A stretch of 64,000 bases of DNA. Origin: Candidatus Spongiisociaceae bacterium (GTDB lineage: Bacteria; Actinomycetota; Acidimicrobiia; Spongiisociales; Spongiisociaceae). Of this stretch, positions 40,187-51,206 are shown one piece after another. The notes below the pieces were generated by a model, which saw only the letters and a list, made by a program, of their open reading frames with translations, was not told where the DNA came from and ran no database searches. The stretch covers positions 384,001 to 448,000 of the forward strand of contig OZ253564.1 in assembly GCA_965262915.1 (NCBI GenBank), written 5' to 3'. Positions within the stretch are counted from its first letter, which is position 1, and the number at the start of each line of letters is the position of its first letter. The position numbers were made by a program, and so were the translations under genes.

Positions 40187-40930
40187 TTACTCAGCCGGCA
40201 CGAAGGCGGCGATCTCCAGGCCTGCTCCCCGTGCCAGGCTCATGAAGAGGCCATCGAAGCCGTCGGCGCCATCTGGATAGGCACCTCGGGCGGCGGCCAG
40301 GGCGGCGGCCGCCATGCATATTGCATTGAGGAAGGCCCCGTCGTCGGCGATCCCCCGGATACGCTCATGATCACCCTGGTCGTCACGCACTTTCAGGCGG
40401 ACCTCAACCCCCCGCCATGGTGTGTCGTCGGGAGCGGCGAGACAGGTCGCGGACGGCCAGGGGAACGGGCTCTCCACCCTGCCGGCCCATAGTGGGCCTA
40501 CGGGATCGGGGAAGGTGACCGGTATCCCGGCGCCCAGAGGGTGGCCGGGCACCGTCCAGGCGAGGCGCGACTCGACGGGCCTGACGCCCGGTTCGATCAT
40601 CGACATGGCCAGGGCGGCGGCCAGTCCCGACCCCGTCAGTACTCCACCTACGAAGGTACTTCCCTTTGCGGGGTACCCGGTGGGCAGTTCGTCCCCGACC
40701 ACTACCGGAATCCCCAGCGATGAGGCTTCGCCGACGACGGACCGGGAAGCCTCCGAGATAGCACCCACCGCCAGAGCATCCCAGCCGGCCACCGTCGTCA
40801 CTGAAACCGTGCGGTCGAGCACCGGGTCTCCGTGGAACAGGCCGACCTCCACATCGGGCTCGGCGAGGAGGACCCTCATCACACGGCGACCCAGGTCACC
40901 GTCCACATGGAGGGCGATGCGGGCGGTCAC
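40187..40930 (-). CDS. Hypothetical protein, possible degenerate Rossmann-fold N-terminus
   Basis: IALHVDGDLGRRV beta-alpha pattern; GTG start overlaps the upstream stop. Confidence 0.6.
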   Translation of the reverse strand: MTARIALHVDGDLGRRVMRVLLAEPDVEVGLFHGDPVLDRTVSVTTVAGWDALAVGAISEASRSVVGEASSLGIPVVVGDELPTGYPAKGSTFVGGVLTGSGLAAALAMSMIEPGVRPVESRLAWTVPGHPLGAGIPVTFPDPVGPLWAGRVESPFPWPSATCLAAPDDTPWRGVEVRLKVRDDQGDHERIRGIADDGAFLNAICMAAAALAAARGAYPDGADGFDGLFMSLARGAGLEIAAFVPAE

Positions 40931-41067
40931 CGATCCGCCGGCGCCGGAACCCAGGTTCCCGGCTCGGCGGGAGGCTTGACCACCGGGGGCCGGCGGGCAG
41001 CCCGGATAACCAGAACTGCAATGGCCGCCACCACCGCCAACGTGAACAGGCGTCGGAACTTCATCAT
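40927..41067 (-). CDS. Small single-TM protein
   Basis: MMKFRRLFTLAVVAAIAVLVIRAARRPP...GTWVP; coupled to the downstream gene. Confidence 0.6.
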   Translation of the reverse strand: MMKFRRLFTLAVVAAIAVLVIRAARRPPVVKPPAEPGTWVPAPADR

Positions 41068-41179
41068 TCGCATTGTAGATCGGGGTGGAACAGACCCTGG
41101 CCGGGCATCGGAGTCGACAACGGATGGTTCCATCAGCGAGCAACGATGGCTACCGCCTCGTCATCAGGAGGAACGTGAT

Positions 41180-41857
41180 ATGACTTCCATGCTGACCCGC
41201 CCCACCTACAGCCTCTCTGAGGCGTCACGGCTGCTCCGTGTATCGCCTTCGAAGCTCCGTTGGTGGCTGGAGGGCGCAGTTCGGGGTCCGAGGCGATATC
41301 CGTCCGTCCTTCGTAATCCGTCCGTCCTTCGTAGCGAGCCTACGGGCAGCTCGCAGGTCTCGTGGGGCGAGTTCATCGAGGCGGCATACCTGCGCGAGTA
41401 CCTCCAACACCTGCCCCTGCAACGTCTCCGCCCGCTAAGGGAAGTTCTGAGCCGCGAGTTCGATACACCGTTTCCGTTTGCGGTCTCCAAGCCTCTGATA
41501 GCGGGCCGAGATCTCGTTTCTGAGATGCAGAGGAGCTTGGAGATCCCCGAGGAACTGTGGATGGTCGTGGGTTCTGGGCAGCTCATGCTCAGTTCGGCTG
41601 CGGAGACCTTTTGCAGACGCGTCGGGCTCGATGAGGCAACGGAAGAAGCCATACGCTACGTCGTAATGGAAGCGACGGAGCCGGTGTACGTGAACCCCCG
41701 TTTCTCGTTCGGAATCCCGACCGTAAGGAGCGTTCGCACCGAGATCATCGCGGAACTGCACTCGGCGATTATCGACATCTATCAGGCTCACGGAGTCACC
41801 GAACAGGACATCAATGCGGCGGTCGATTTCGAGACAAGGTTTCTCAGGGCTGCGTGA
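41180..41857 (+). CDS. HTH + DUF433 antitoxin (VapB45-like)
   Basis: SD AGGAGG; YSLSEASRLL..LRWWLEG; VNPRFSFGIPTV...RTEII. Confidence 0.8.
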   Translation: MTSMLTRPTYSLSEASRLLRVSPSKLRWWLEGAVRGPRRYPSVLRNPSVLRSEPTGSSQVSWGEFIEAAYLREYLQHLPLQRLRPLREVLSREFDTPFPFAVSKPLIAGRDLVSEMQRSLEIPEELWMVVGSGQLMLSSAAETFCRRVGLDEATEEAIRYVVMEATEPVYVNPRFSFGIPTVRSVRTEIIAELHSAIIDIYQAHGVTEQDINAAVDFETRFLRAA

Positions 41858-42318
41858 CTGGGTTGGTGGAATTGCCCCAGCGCGTGAGACGGGGCGGCAC
41901 TATCCGGTTCTTCTTCGATGAGGACACCCTCGGCATCGGACAAGTCATGGCTGCCGCACGCGGCGACTGCATCTACCCGGGGCACCCTCGGTCGCCGGTA
42001 AATGTCGGTACGGACGACGTGGACTGGATTCCGGCGGTGGCGGCAGAAGGGTGGATCGTTGTAGCGCGGGACAACAAGATCCGCTCGCGACCGGCCGAGA
42101 GGGCGGCCCTAGCCGAGCACCCGCTCCGCATGCGGGTGCTTACCGGCGCAGGGAACCTCAGTGTGTGGGAACAACTCCGTGTATTGGTGGCGGGAACCGC
42201 CTCCCTGGATGTATGCGGTAACGAAGAACGGGCTTCGCGAGATACGGTGTCCGGGATAACGAGTTCGAGCGGGGTTCAGAAGTCGATGCCGCGTATGGCC
42301 GTGATGCCCTGCTCGTAG
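41854..42318 (+). pseudogene. PIN-like toxin (VapC45-like), probably 3'-truncated
   Basis: FFFDED, DDVDWIP, RDNKIR; similarity stops near 42190 and the frame runs into the convergent cobO. Confidence 0.65.
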
Positions 42319-42838
42319 GCGTGCTTGACGGGGGTCATCTCGGTCACCGTGTCGGCAATCTCGATCAAGCGGGCCGGAGCGTCGCGTCCGGTGATCACCA
42401 CGTTGACGTTCGCGGGCCGGTTGGCGACGGTGGAGACCACCTCGTCCTCGTCGATCCAACCCCAGTTGATCGGGTAGGTGATCTCGTCTAGGACCACGAG
42501 TCGGTGCTTGCCTTCCTCGATCCGCATCCGGGCCAGGCGCCAGGCATCGCGGTTCAGGTCGGCGGAGCGGTCGAGATCCTCGCTGTCCCACGAGAACCCG
42601 TCACCCCCGGCGTCCCAGTCGACCCCGAGACGGCGGCCGACCTTCTCCTCGCCCACCTTCCACTTGTCCGATTTGATGAACTGCACCACGGCCACCTGCC
42701 AGTTGCGGGCGACCGATCGCATCACCATCCCCATGGCGGCGGTGCTCTTGCCCTTGCCATCCCCGGTGTTGACGATCACCACCGAGCGGGCCCTCCTCAC
42801 GTCGGGGCGACGGGGGTCGTCCGTGGGGGGACCTTCGG

Positions 42839-42842
<4 letters not shown>
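42276..42842 (-). CDS. cobO: Cob(I)yrinic acid a,c-diamide adenosyltransferase
   Basis: TGDGKGKSTAA, QFIK, LDEI, TGR, KHAY..GI.A.RGIDF. Confidence 0.95.
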
Positions 42843-43614
<772 letters not shown>

Positions 43615-43618
<4 letters not shown>

Positions 43619-44661
43619 GCCACGTACCGCCGCGTGGTGCGCAGCACGACCATGAAGAAGGGCGCCCCGATGAAGGCGGTGATGACGCCGATCGGAATCT
43701 CGGCCGGGCTGACCACCGTCCGGGCGGCCAGGTCGGCCAGGATCAGGAAGGCGGCGCCCGCAACCGCGGAAATCGGAATCAGCGAGCGGTAGCTGACCCC
43801 CACCAGCAGCCGGATCGTGTGAGGAACGACGAGGCCGACGAAGGCGATGAGGCCGCTGACCGCCACCGCGGCCGCGGTCGCCAGCGTGGCGAAGATCACC
43901 ACGGTGGTCCGCACCCGTGATGATGACACCCCCAGGCCCTGGGCCTCCTCGTCGCCGACGCTCATCACGTCGAGCAACCGCCGGTGCATCACCAGAGCCG
44001 CCCCGCACACCACCGCGTAGGGGATCAGGATCAACACCTCGCTCCAGCCGGTGGTGACCAGCCGGCCGAGGATCCAGGAGTAGACCTGCCGGATGGTGTC
44101 GGCATGGCGCTGGAGGATGAACGTCTGGAGAGCGGTGAAGAAAGCTGCCACCGCCACGCCGGCCAGGATGAGCGACACCGCGCTGCGGCCACCCATCGAG
44201 CGACCCACCGCGTAGGTGAGCACCGCCGCGGCAAGGGCGCCGACGAAGGCGGCGATGGGAAGCAGGCGGGGGTCGGCCGAGGGAAGCAGGGCGATGGCCG
44301 CAGTGGCGCCCAGGCCGCCCCCCGCCGCTACCCCCAGTAGGTACGGATCTGCCAGGGGATTGCGGAATACGCCCTGGTAGGAGGCCCCGGCCAGCGAGAG
44401 GAGTCCGCCCACCAGGCCTCCGAGTACCACTCTGGGCAAGCGGATCTCCCAGATGATCGCCCTATGGGTCTCGGAAAGGCCCGACGGGCGCCCAACGAGC
44501 GGCCCGGCCACCAGTTCCCGTATGACCTGCCACGGATCGAGCCCGGCGGGCCCCACCGCAATCCCGGCCAGCGCGGCGGCGGCCAGTACGGACAGCGCCA
44601 ACCCAAGCCAGCCCCACCGCACCCGGGTGGGGTCGAGGGCGGTGCCCGGCAGGGAGGTCAC
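43615..44661 (-). CDS. btuC: Corrinoid ABC transporter permease
   Basis: IRLPRV, FRNPLADPYLLG, GDEEAQGLG, EIPIG. Confidence 0.9.
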
Positions 44662-45716
44662 CGGGCGCCGTTCTCGAGGAGGCTCGCCAGGGTATGGCCG
44701 ATCAGCTGGACGAACTCGATCAGCCTGGGTCCCCAGCGACTGCTGATGTCGTCGTCCACTTCGACCACCGATCCGTTGCGGACGGCCTGCAGTCCGCTCC
44801 ACCCGGGCCGCTCGGAGATGGCCTCGGCGCTGGTCCCGCACCAGACCGCGCATCCGTAGAAGATGAGGTCCGGGTCGGCCTCGATGATGTACTCGGCGGA
44901 GAGCTGCGGGTAGCCCGACCCGTCGACGCCGGCCGCGTCGGCGATGTTCTCCAACCCGAAAAGGGCATAGACGTTGCCGATGAAGGTGGCCGAGGTGGCC
45001 GAGTAGAGGGTGTTGTCGACCTCGTGGTAGTAGGTGAGGCTCCGGTCCGAGACGCCGTAGCTCGCCACCAGGTCGGCGATCTCGGCCTGTATGGAAGCCA
45101 CCAGGTCCTCGGCTGCGACCCGGTTGCCCGTAGTATCACCGAGTTGGCGCATCTGGAGGTAGGCGTCGTCGATGCTGAGGGCCGGCGGCTGGACGAGGAC
45201 CGGGATGCCTAGAGCCTCGAGGCCCTCCTGCACCTCGCCCGGATCCCAGGAGATCACCACCAGGTCCGGCTCGTAGGAGGCGATGGCCTCCACGTTTGGT
45301 TGGAAGGCGTTGAGGTCGGTGACCGGGGCCTCGGGCGGGAAGTCGGACGTGGAGTCCACGGCCGTGATCCGGTCACCTGCTCCGAGGGCGAACAGGATCT
45401 CGGTGGCGGTGGCCGACAGCGAGATTATCGCCACCGGCTCCTGCGGAATCACGACCCCCGCCACCGTGACCGGGAACCCTGTCGCCTCCACCCCAGTGGT
45501 GTTTGTGGTCGGCGCGGCGGCGGTCGTGGACGGGACATCCAATGCGGCTGTGGTATCCGTGACGGGCAGGCCGGCCGTGGTATCGGTGATAGGCCGATCG
45601 ACCGTCATATCCGTGGCCCTGATCGTTGATGTGGCCGGGGGGGTCTCCGCTTCCTGAGCGCCGCACGCGCCGACTACCAGGAGCAGGAGAGCAGTTAGTA
45701 GGTGCTTTCCTCGCAA
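44658..45716 (-). CDS. btuF: Corrinoid-binding lipoprotein
   Basis: Lipobox VGAC, SATATEILFALG, RWGPR; TTG start after GGAGG. Confidence 0.85.
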   Translation of the reverse strand: MRGKHLLTALLLLVVGACGAQEAETPPATSTIRATDMTVDRPITDTTAGLPVTDTTAALDVPSTTAAAPTTNTTGVEATGFPVTVAGVVIPQEPVAIISLSATATEILFALGAGDRITAVDSTSDFPPEAPVTDLNAFQPNVEAIASYEPDLVVISWDPGEVQEGLEALGIPVLVQPPALSIDDAYLQMRQLGDTTGNRVAAEDLVASIQAEIADLVASYGVSDRSLTYYHEVDNTLYSATSATFIGNVYALFGLENIADAAGVDGSGYPQLSAEYIIEADPDLIFYGCAVWCGTSAEAISERPGWSGLQAVRNGSVVEVDDDISSRWGPRLIEFVQLIGHTLASLLENGAR

Positions 45717-45817
45717 GAAAAAACATCCTCCTTGGATCGGGGAGGATGAAGAGAGATCGTCAGATTCCGGGGAGGGAACCGGCACGACCAACCCTTCCTC
45801 CGAGAACTGATACGCGA

Positions 45818-45916
45818 CCATGGGTCAGGCGGCCTGGCTCGTCCCCTTCCCGAGGATGGGGCTTGACAGTTGCGGGACAGCGCCGGACTCCAACCGGACT
45901 TCGCTGATCCCCATGG
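45818..45916 (-). ncRNA. Cobalamin riboswitch (compact)
   Basis: Minus strand GAAGTCCGGTTGGAGTCCGGCGCTGTCCCGCAACTGT...GAGCCAGGCCGCCTG with P1 CCATGGG/CCCATGG; upstream of btuF; TATAGT -10 at 45946-45951. Confidence 0.92.
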
Positions 45917-46133
45917 CACCCGGTTGTCTCTCCGGGCCAACCCGTACTATAGCGCCGGTGGCCGGTGGTCGGTGGACTAACTGAACCCCGGCTCGCTACC
46001 ATCACTCGACGAGAGGCGACGCGCGATCCGTTCGCCTTTGCTAGCAGCCGCGGCGGGCACCGATCCTGATCGCGTTCGTACCCCGGTAGCGCGGTAGGCG
46101 AGCAATCGAGGACTGCAATCCCGGAGTTCCACG

Positions 46134-47237
46134 ATGACGAACTACTCGGTAACCCTTTCCGAAGTGCTGGACCGGATACGTCCTGCGGACGGTGCCGCTG
46201 CCGAACGGGCCGCCGCCAGGCACCTGACGCTCACCAAACCTCCCGGCAGCCTGGGACGATTGGAGGAACTCTCGGTCCGGCTGGCCGGGATCCTCGGGGT
46301 CGACCAGCCGGTGATCCTGGGCAAGGCGGTGATAGTGGCGGCCGGGGACCATGGCGTCGTCGCGCAGGGGGTAACCGGCTATCCGCAGGCCGTGACTGCC
46401 CAGATGGCGCGGAACTTCCTGGCGGGCGGAGCGGCCATCAGCGTGATGTCTCGCCTGGGCGGCGTACGCCAGATCGTTGTCGATGCGGGAATCGCGTCGG
46501 CCGAGTTGCCGGACCACCCTGACCTCCGGACCGTAAGGGTCGGGCGGGGGACTGCCGATATCAGTAAGGGTGCGGCAATGTCCAGGGAGCAGGCGGTTTG
46601 TTGCCTCGAGGCGGGTGCCGAGTTGGCTGCGGAGGTTGCGGAGGGGGGCGCCGACCTGATCGCCACCGGCGATATGGGCATCGGAAACACCACCCCTTCG
46701 AGCGCCATCACGGCCGCCATCACCGGTACGAGCCCCGTCGAGGCCACTGGTAAGGGCACCGGCCGCACTCCGGGAGAACTGCGCCGCAAGGTAGCCGTGG
46801 TGGGAAGGGCGCTGGAGGTCAACGCTCCTGACCGGCGTGACCCGATCGACGTTCTGGCCAAGGTGGGAGGGTTCGAGATCGGGGTGCTCGCCGGGGTCGT
46901 GCTGGGGGCAGCCTCCGAGCAGCGGGCGGTCGTCCTTGATGGGTTCATTTCGGGCGCGGCGGCGCTCATCGCCCACGGCCTCAGCCCGGCGGTCCGTGAC
47001 TACATGATCGCTTCCCACCGCTCCGCGGAGAGGGGGCACCGGGCGGTCCTGTCCTATCTGGGACTCCATCCACTGCTGGACCTCGGGATGCGCCTCGGGG
47101 AGGGAACCGGAGCGGTCCTGGCCATGGGCATCATCGAAGCCGCCGCCGCGTGCCTCAACGGGATGGCCACATTCGGGGAGGCAGGCGTTTCGGACCGCCC
47201 GGGCGACGATGGGGTGGTGGAGGACGCCGGGGGATGA
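46134..47237 (+). CDS. cobT: Nicotinate-nucleotide-dimethylbenzimidazole phosphoribosyltransferase
   Basis: LTKPPGSLGRLE, DHGV, MGIGNTT, RLGEGTGA. Confidence 0.96.
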   Translation: MTNYSVTLSEVLDRIRPADGAAAERAAARHLTLTKPPGSLGRLEELSVRLAGILGVDQPVILGKAVIVAAGDHGVVAQGVTGYPQAVTAQMARNFLAGGAAISVMSRLGGVRQIVVDAGIASAELPDHPDLRTVRVGRGTADISKGAAMSREQAVCCLEAGAELAAEVAEGGADLIATGDMGIGNTTPSSAITAAITGTSPVEATGKGTGRTPGELRRKVAVVGRALEVNAPDRRDPIDVLAKVGGFEIGVLAGVVLGAASEQRAVVLDGFISGAAALIAHGLSPAVRDYMIASHRSAERGHRAVLSYLGLHPLLDLGMRLGEGTGAVLAMGIIEAAAACLNGMATFGEAGVSDRPGDDGVVEDAGG

Positions 47238-48160
47238 GCGGGCTACGGGCCGCCATCGGTTTCCTGACGATCCTTCCGGGCGCACCACGGGGCCCGGCCA
47301 CCGGTCTGTCGAAGGCCCCGGCCTGGTTCCCGGTCGTGGGCCTACTCCTAGGGGTGATCGTTGCCCTGCTGGATGGGTTGTTCCGCCTGGGATACTTGAT
47401 GCTCCGGACCCGGTCCGTGCTGGGTGCCGACGAACTCCACTCCCTGCTCATCGGGTCCCTGCAGCCTCAATACCTCGTGGAGAGCATTATCCACATGGGT
47501 GGCACCGGCCCTATCTCGATCGTGTCCCGGGAGGTTCCGTTCCTCCTGGAGGGGGTGGTGTTGGTAGCCGTGGCGGCCTTGCTGACCCGCGGTTTGCACC
47601 TGGACGGCTTCATGGACACCTGCGATGCGCTGGCGGGCGGGCACGATCGTGAGCGGCGACTGGAACTGCTCAGAGATCCGCACGTGGGGGCCTTCGGCGT
47701 CGTCGGCGTCGTTCTCCTGCTCCTCGTCAAGTGCTCGTCAATGGCTGCCCTGCCTGCGGAGAGCCGGCTATGGACGATCGCGCTGGTTCCCTGCCTGTCC
47801 CGCTGGGCCATCCTGGTCGTGATGGACCGGTTCCCTTACGTGCGTCGCGAGGGCCTCGGCACGGCGTTCCTCCGTGGTGGCAGCCGGCGGAGCCTGCTGG
47901 CTGGCTCGGCGGTAGCCGTGGTAGCGACCATGGTGTTGACCGGTCCGTTGGGCCTCCTGCTCACGGCGGCGGCCGGCCTCATCGCCGGCGCGGTCGGGGC
48001 GTGGGCAAAGCGACGCATCGGTGGTGTGACCGGAGACATCTACGGGGCGGCATGCGAAACGAGCGAAGCCGTGGTGCTCGTGCTGGCGGTGGTCATCACC
48101 CTGGGTGATCCGGGGGCGCTCGCCTCACCGCTTCTCGCTCTGATAGACACGCCTGTCTGA
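47234..48160 (+). CDS. cobS: Adenosylcobinamide-GDP ribazoletransferase (cobalamin synthase)
   Basis: FLTILP, GLHLDGFMDTCD, DPHVGAFG, GGVTGDIYGA. Confidence 0.94.
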   Translation: MSGLRAAIGFLTILPGAPRGPATGLSKAPAWFPVVGLLLGVIVALLDGLFRLGYLMLRTRSVLGADELHSLLIGSLQPQYLVESIIHMGGTGPISIVSREVPFLLEGVVLVAVAALLTRGLHLDGFMDTCDALAGGHDRERRLELLRDPHVGAFGVVGVVLLLLVKCSSMAALPAESRLWTIALVPCLSRWAILVVMDRFPYVRREGLGTAFLRGGSRRSLLAGSAVAVVATMVLTGPLGLLLTAAAGLIAGAVGAWAKRRIGGVTGDIYGAACETSEAVVLVLAVVITLGDPGALASPLLALIDTPV

Positions 48161-48171
48161 GGAGTTGCCGG

Positions 48172-48810
48172 ATGTGGTCGGGCGAGTGGCGTGTCGAGGC
48201 GGCGACCCTGCTCTGCGCGGTCGTGCTGGACCTGGCAACGCGGGAGGCCCCACCCGCCCTCCACCCGGTTGTGTGGATGAGAAGGCTGATCGCGTGGCTG
48301 GAAGGGCTCCTGCCCGCTCCGGAACGTAAGGCGGCTTCGCTGGCGGCAGGGATCGGCCTCGCCGGAGTTATACCGGCTGTGTTCGAGGGTCTTGCCCGGC
48401 ATGGTCGCCGTAGCAATGCGCCAGGTGCATCCCGTCGCCTATGTGGTCGTGGGAGCCGTTCTCCTCAGCACGACCTTCGCGGTCAGGGAACCGGGACGCG
48501 CCGCCACAAGAACGCAAGTGGCCATGGAAGCGGGCGACGGCGACGGCGCTCCTCGAAGCCTGGTCAGCCACGACACCCGGACCCTGGCGCCACCGATGGT
48601 AGCGATGGCTGCCAGCGAGTCCGTCGCCGAGAACACCCCGGATGGCTTCGTCGGTCCGTGGCTGGCATTTGCCCTGTTCGGGCTGCCGGGGGCGTTCGAC
48701 TACCGGGCGATCAACACCCTGGACAGCATGATCGGCTACCGGGCAGGTACGAGTACCTAGGCAAGGCCTCCGCCAGGCTCGACGATCTGGTCAACCTGAT
48801 CCCGTCCGCG
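48172..48810 (+). pseudogene. cbiB: Adenosylcobinamide-phosphate synthase, frameshifted and truncated
   Basis: HPVVWM in one frame; ESVAEN..DG and YRAINTLDSMIGY in a second; YEYLGKASARLDDLVNLIP back in the first; C-terminus absent. Confidence 0.88.
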
Positions 48811-49024
48811 CCTCAGCGTCCTGTTGATGGTGGTTACGGTCGACAAAGTACTCGAGGAGGTGACGTCCGCTCTGGACGTGGCCCTCGACGTTGAAGACCT
48901 GTTCGGTGCAGTCCCGGCTCGCCAGAGGTGCTGGATGGACCGGTATTCGGGTTACGGGAGGACGCGGGGAGAGACGGCGCAGGCGACCAGCCGCGACTTC
49001 GGAGACGAGCCTGAAGGAAGATCA

Positions 49025-49654
49025 ATGCGTAGATGGTTCTTCGTACGACACGGGCAGACGGACTGGAATCGGGTCGGGCGGGCGCAGGGCCAATCCGACC
49101 CACCCCTGAATAAGGAGGGGCACCGGCAGGCGCAAGCCGTCGCTGCCCGCTTGAAGCGAGCGGACTTCGTTGCGGCCTACACCAGTGACCTGGGCCGGGC
49201 CGTGGACACCGCGGCGCCCATCATGCGCGGTCGGGATGCCCCGATGATCCATCGGATCGATCTGAGGGAGAAACACTTCGGTGAGTGGGAGGGAATGACC
49301 TTTGACGAGGTCAGAAGGAAATACCCCCGCATGTATGAGAGGTTGTTCGACGAGAAGCCGGAATTCGCCCCACCCGGAGGCGAGAGCGACATGGCGCTAC
49401 GCGCCCGGGCAGTCGCCGCCTTCGCTCGGATCGCCTACCGGCACTCCGGTACCGAAGGAAACGTGCTGGTGGTTTCTCATGGCGGCACCCTACGCGCAAT
49501 GATTGTCTCCATGCTCGGGCTGCCCATCGACGCCATGTGGAGGTTTCGACTGTCGAATGCGGGACTCTCCATCGTCACCGTGTTCGACGAGGGGAGCGCG
49601 ACCCTGGATCTGCTCAACGACACCAGCCATCTGGGAGCAGGCTTCGATGTCTGA
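49025..49654 (+). CDS. cobC: Histidine phosphatase, probable alpha-ribazole/adenosylcobalamin-phosphate phosphatase
   Basis: RHGQTDWN, SDL.RA, LRE..FGEWEG, SHGG; cob context. Confidence 0.82.
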   Translation: MRRWFFVRHGQTDWNRVGRAQGQSDPPLNKEGHRQAQAVAARLKRADFVAAYTSDLGRAVDTAAPIMRGRDAPMIHRIDLREKHFGEWEGMTFDEVRRKYPRMYERLFDEKPEFAPPGGESDMALRARAVAAFARIAYRHSGTEGNVLVVSHGGTLRAMIVSMLGLPIDAMWRFRLSNAGLSIVTVFDEGSATLDLLNDTSHLGAGFDV

Positions 49655-50282
49655 CGGCTCAATCCGGGCCGCGGCTTGCCCCGGCGAGCTCGTACTCGTT
49701 CTAGGAGGTGCTCGCTCCGGAAAGAGCACCACGGCGGAACGCATGGCGAGGGGTGGGGAAAGGGTGCTGTTCATCGCTACTGCAGAAGCCCTCGACGAGG
49801 CAATGCACAGGCGCATCGCGTCTCACCGCCGCTACCGGCCGGAGCATTGGGATACCCTCGAGGAGCCGATCCACCTCAACAGAGCCGTCCGGCCGATCAT
49901 TGATCGGCCGATCATTGATCGCTATGACACTTTCATCCTCGACTGCCTGACCCTGTGGGTGAGCAACCTTCTCCTTGAGAACGAGGAGGCCCCCGGCGCG
50001 GAGAGCATGATTCTCGAGACGGTGAGGCGTCTGCTCGACCTGATCGACGCAGCGGGCGGCAGGTGGATCCTGGTCAGCAACGAGGTCGGCCAGGGCATCG
50101 TGCCCGCCTCACCGCTCGGAAGGGAGTACCGGGACGTGCTGGGGCGCGTCAATCAGCTGGTTGCATCAAGGGCAGATAAGGCCTACCTGATGGTGGCCGG
50201 TCTGGCCTTGGAGCTCAAGTCCCTCGAGGATCGGTCATCAGGCCCGGGTCGGGGGGAGGCCATCGTCGACGAGCCCCGATGA
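49647..50282 (+). CDS. cobU: Bifunctional adenosylcobinamide kinase/cobinamide-phosphate guanylyltransferase
   Basis: GGARSGKS, DCLTLW, VSNEVG.GIVP, GRVNQ. Confidence 0.95.
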   Translation: MSDGSIRAAACPGELVLVLGGARSGKSTTAERMARGGERVLFIATAEALDEAMHRRIASHRRYRPEHWDTLEEPIHLNRAVRPIIDRPIIDRYDTFILDCLTLWVSNLLLENEEAPGAESMILETVRRLLDLIDAAGGRWILVSNEVGQGIVPASPLGREYRDVLGRVNQLVASRADKAYLMVAGLALELKSLEDRSSGPGRGEAIVDEPR

Positions 50283-50873
50283 CCGCGCTGGGCCGGCCAC
50301 ATCCGCCGGGGCGTCCGCGACAGCGCCGGGTACGTGCGCGGAACGGGCACAAGCGCCCCTCGACGGGGAAGACGTCCTGGCCTCCAGTTGGACCTGGGTG
50401 TAGCGAACCTGTAACACGTCGATCGTCACGTCGTCCCGCTCACCGAGAGGCCTCGGATCGACATCCGAAGTGCCGTCGGGGGACGGAGACAGCGCCAGAA
50501 TCGCCTCGCGGTGGGCCTCGGAGTCGTCGGTGAAGGCCACCACCACGGCACCGTTCTCCCGGTCGATCCACCTCCCGCCGTAGGTCTCGGCATGCTCGTC
50601 CCGATAAGTGCCGATCAGTTCCATAACCACGGGGTTAGGATTCTGGCGGGCACCTAGGTTGCCCTCCAGGCGCGACACGAGTGCTGGCACCTTGTCGCAG
50701 CGCTCGAGCCCGACCGCGTCCACTGCCGCATCCTGGGCAACACCCTGAGCGGACACAGACCCGATGGTGTCGGCATCCCGCGTCGGGTCGTCCCGCAGTA
50801 TCAGCATCGCTCCGACGACCCCAACCGTCACAGCCCCGACGGCGGCGACGACAAGAAACCTGATCCTGCGCAT
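50238..50873 (-). pseudogene. N-terminally anchored/secreted hypothetical protein, probably a truncated remnant
   Basis: Signal-like MRRIRFLVVAAVGAV; protein-like until YTQVQLEA, then a low-quality tail overlapping cobU. Confidence 0.45.
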
Positions 50874-50937
50874 CCGCCACCGATGTTCGTTCGCTTACTG
50901 CCCGCCAGCCGAATGGTAGAACAGGAGTCCAGCCGTA

Positions 50938-51096
50938 CTGTCCCAGGTTGGGTCTGGTGGCGGGTCGGCCTCCCGGATGGCTCCTGCATCTCGAGAACCC
51001 CCTCGCCAACCGGAGACTGATCGACCCCTGCGTGTGAGGTGGAGCCTTACGTCCGCTTTCTAGCCTGCCGAGGCAAGAACCCCACATCTGAGACAG
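50938..51096. mobile_element. Possible MITE (family C)
   Basis: Imperfect TIRs CTGTCCCAGGTTGGG / CCCACATCTGAGACAG in intergenic DNA. Confidence 0.4.
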
Positions 51097-51206
51097 GTTC
51101 CGGGTACCACTTCCCCGTGGTGGGTCGAGCGATGCTGACAGTCACCCCCGGCGGGCCTCGGATAGGGTGTGGGGACTGACCGGTACGTCACGCTCCGGGG
51201 AAGCAC

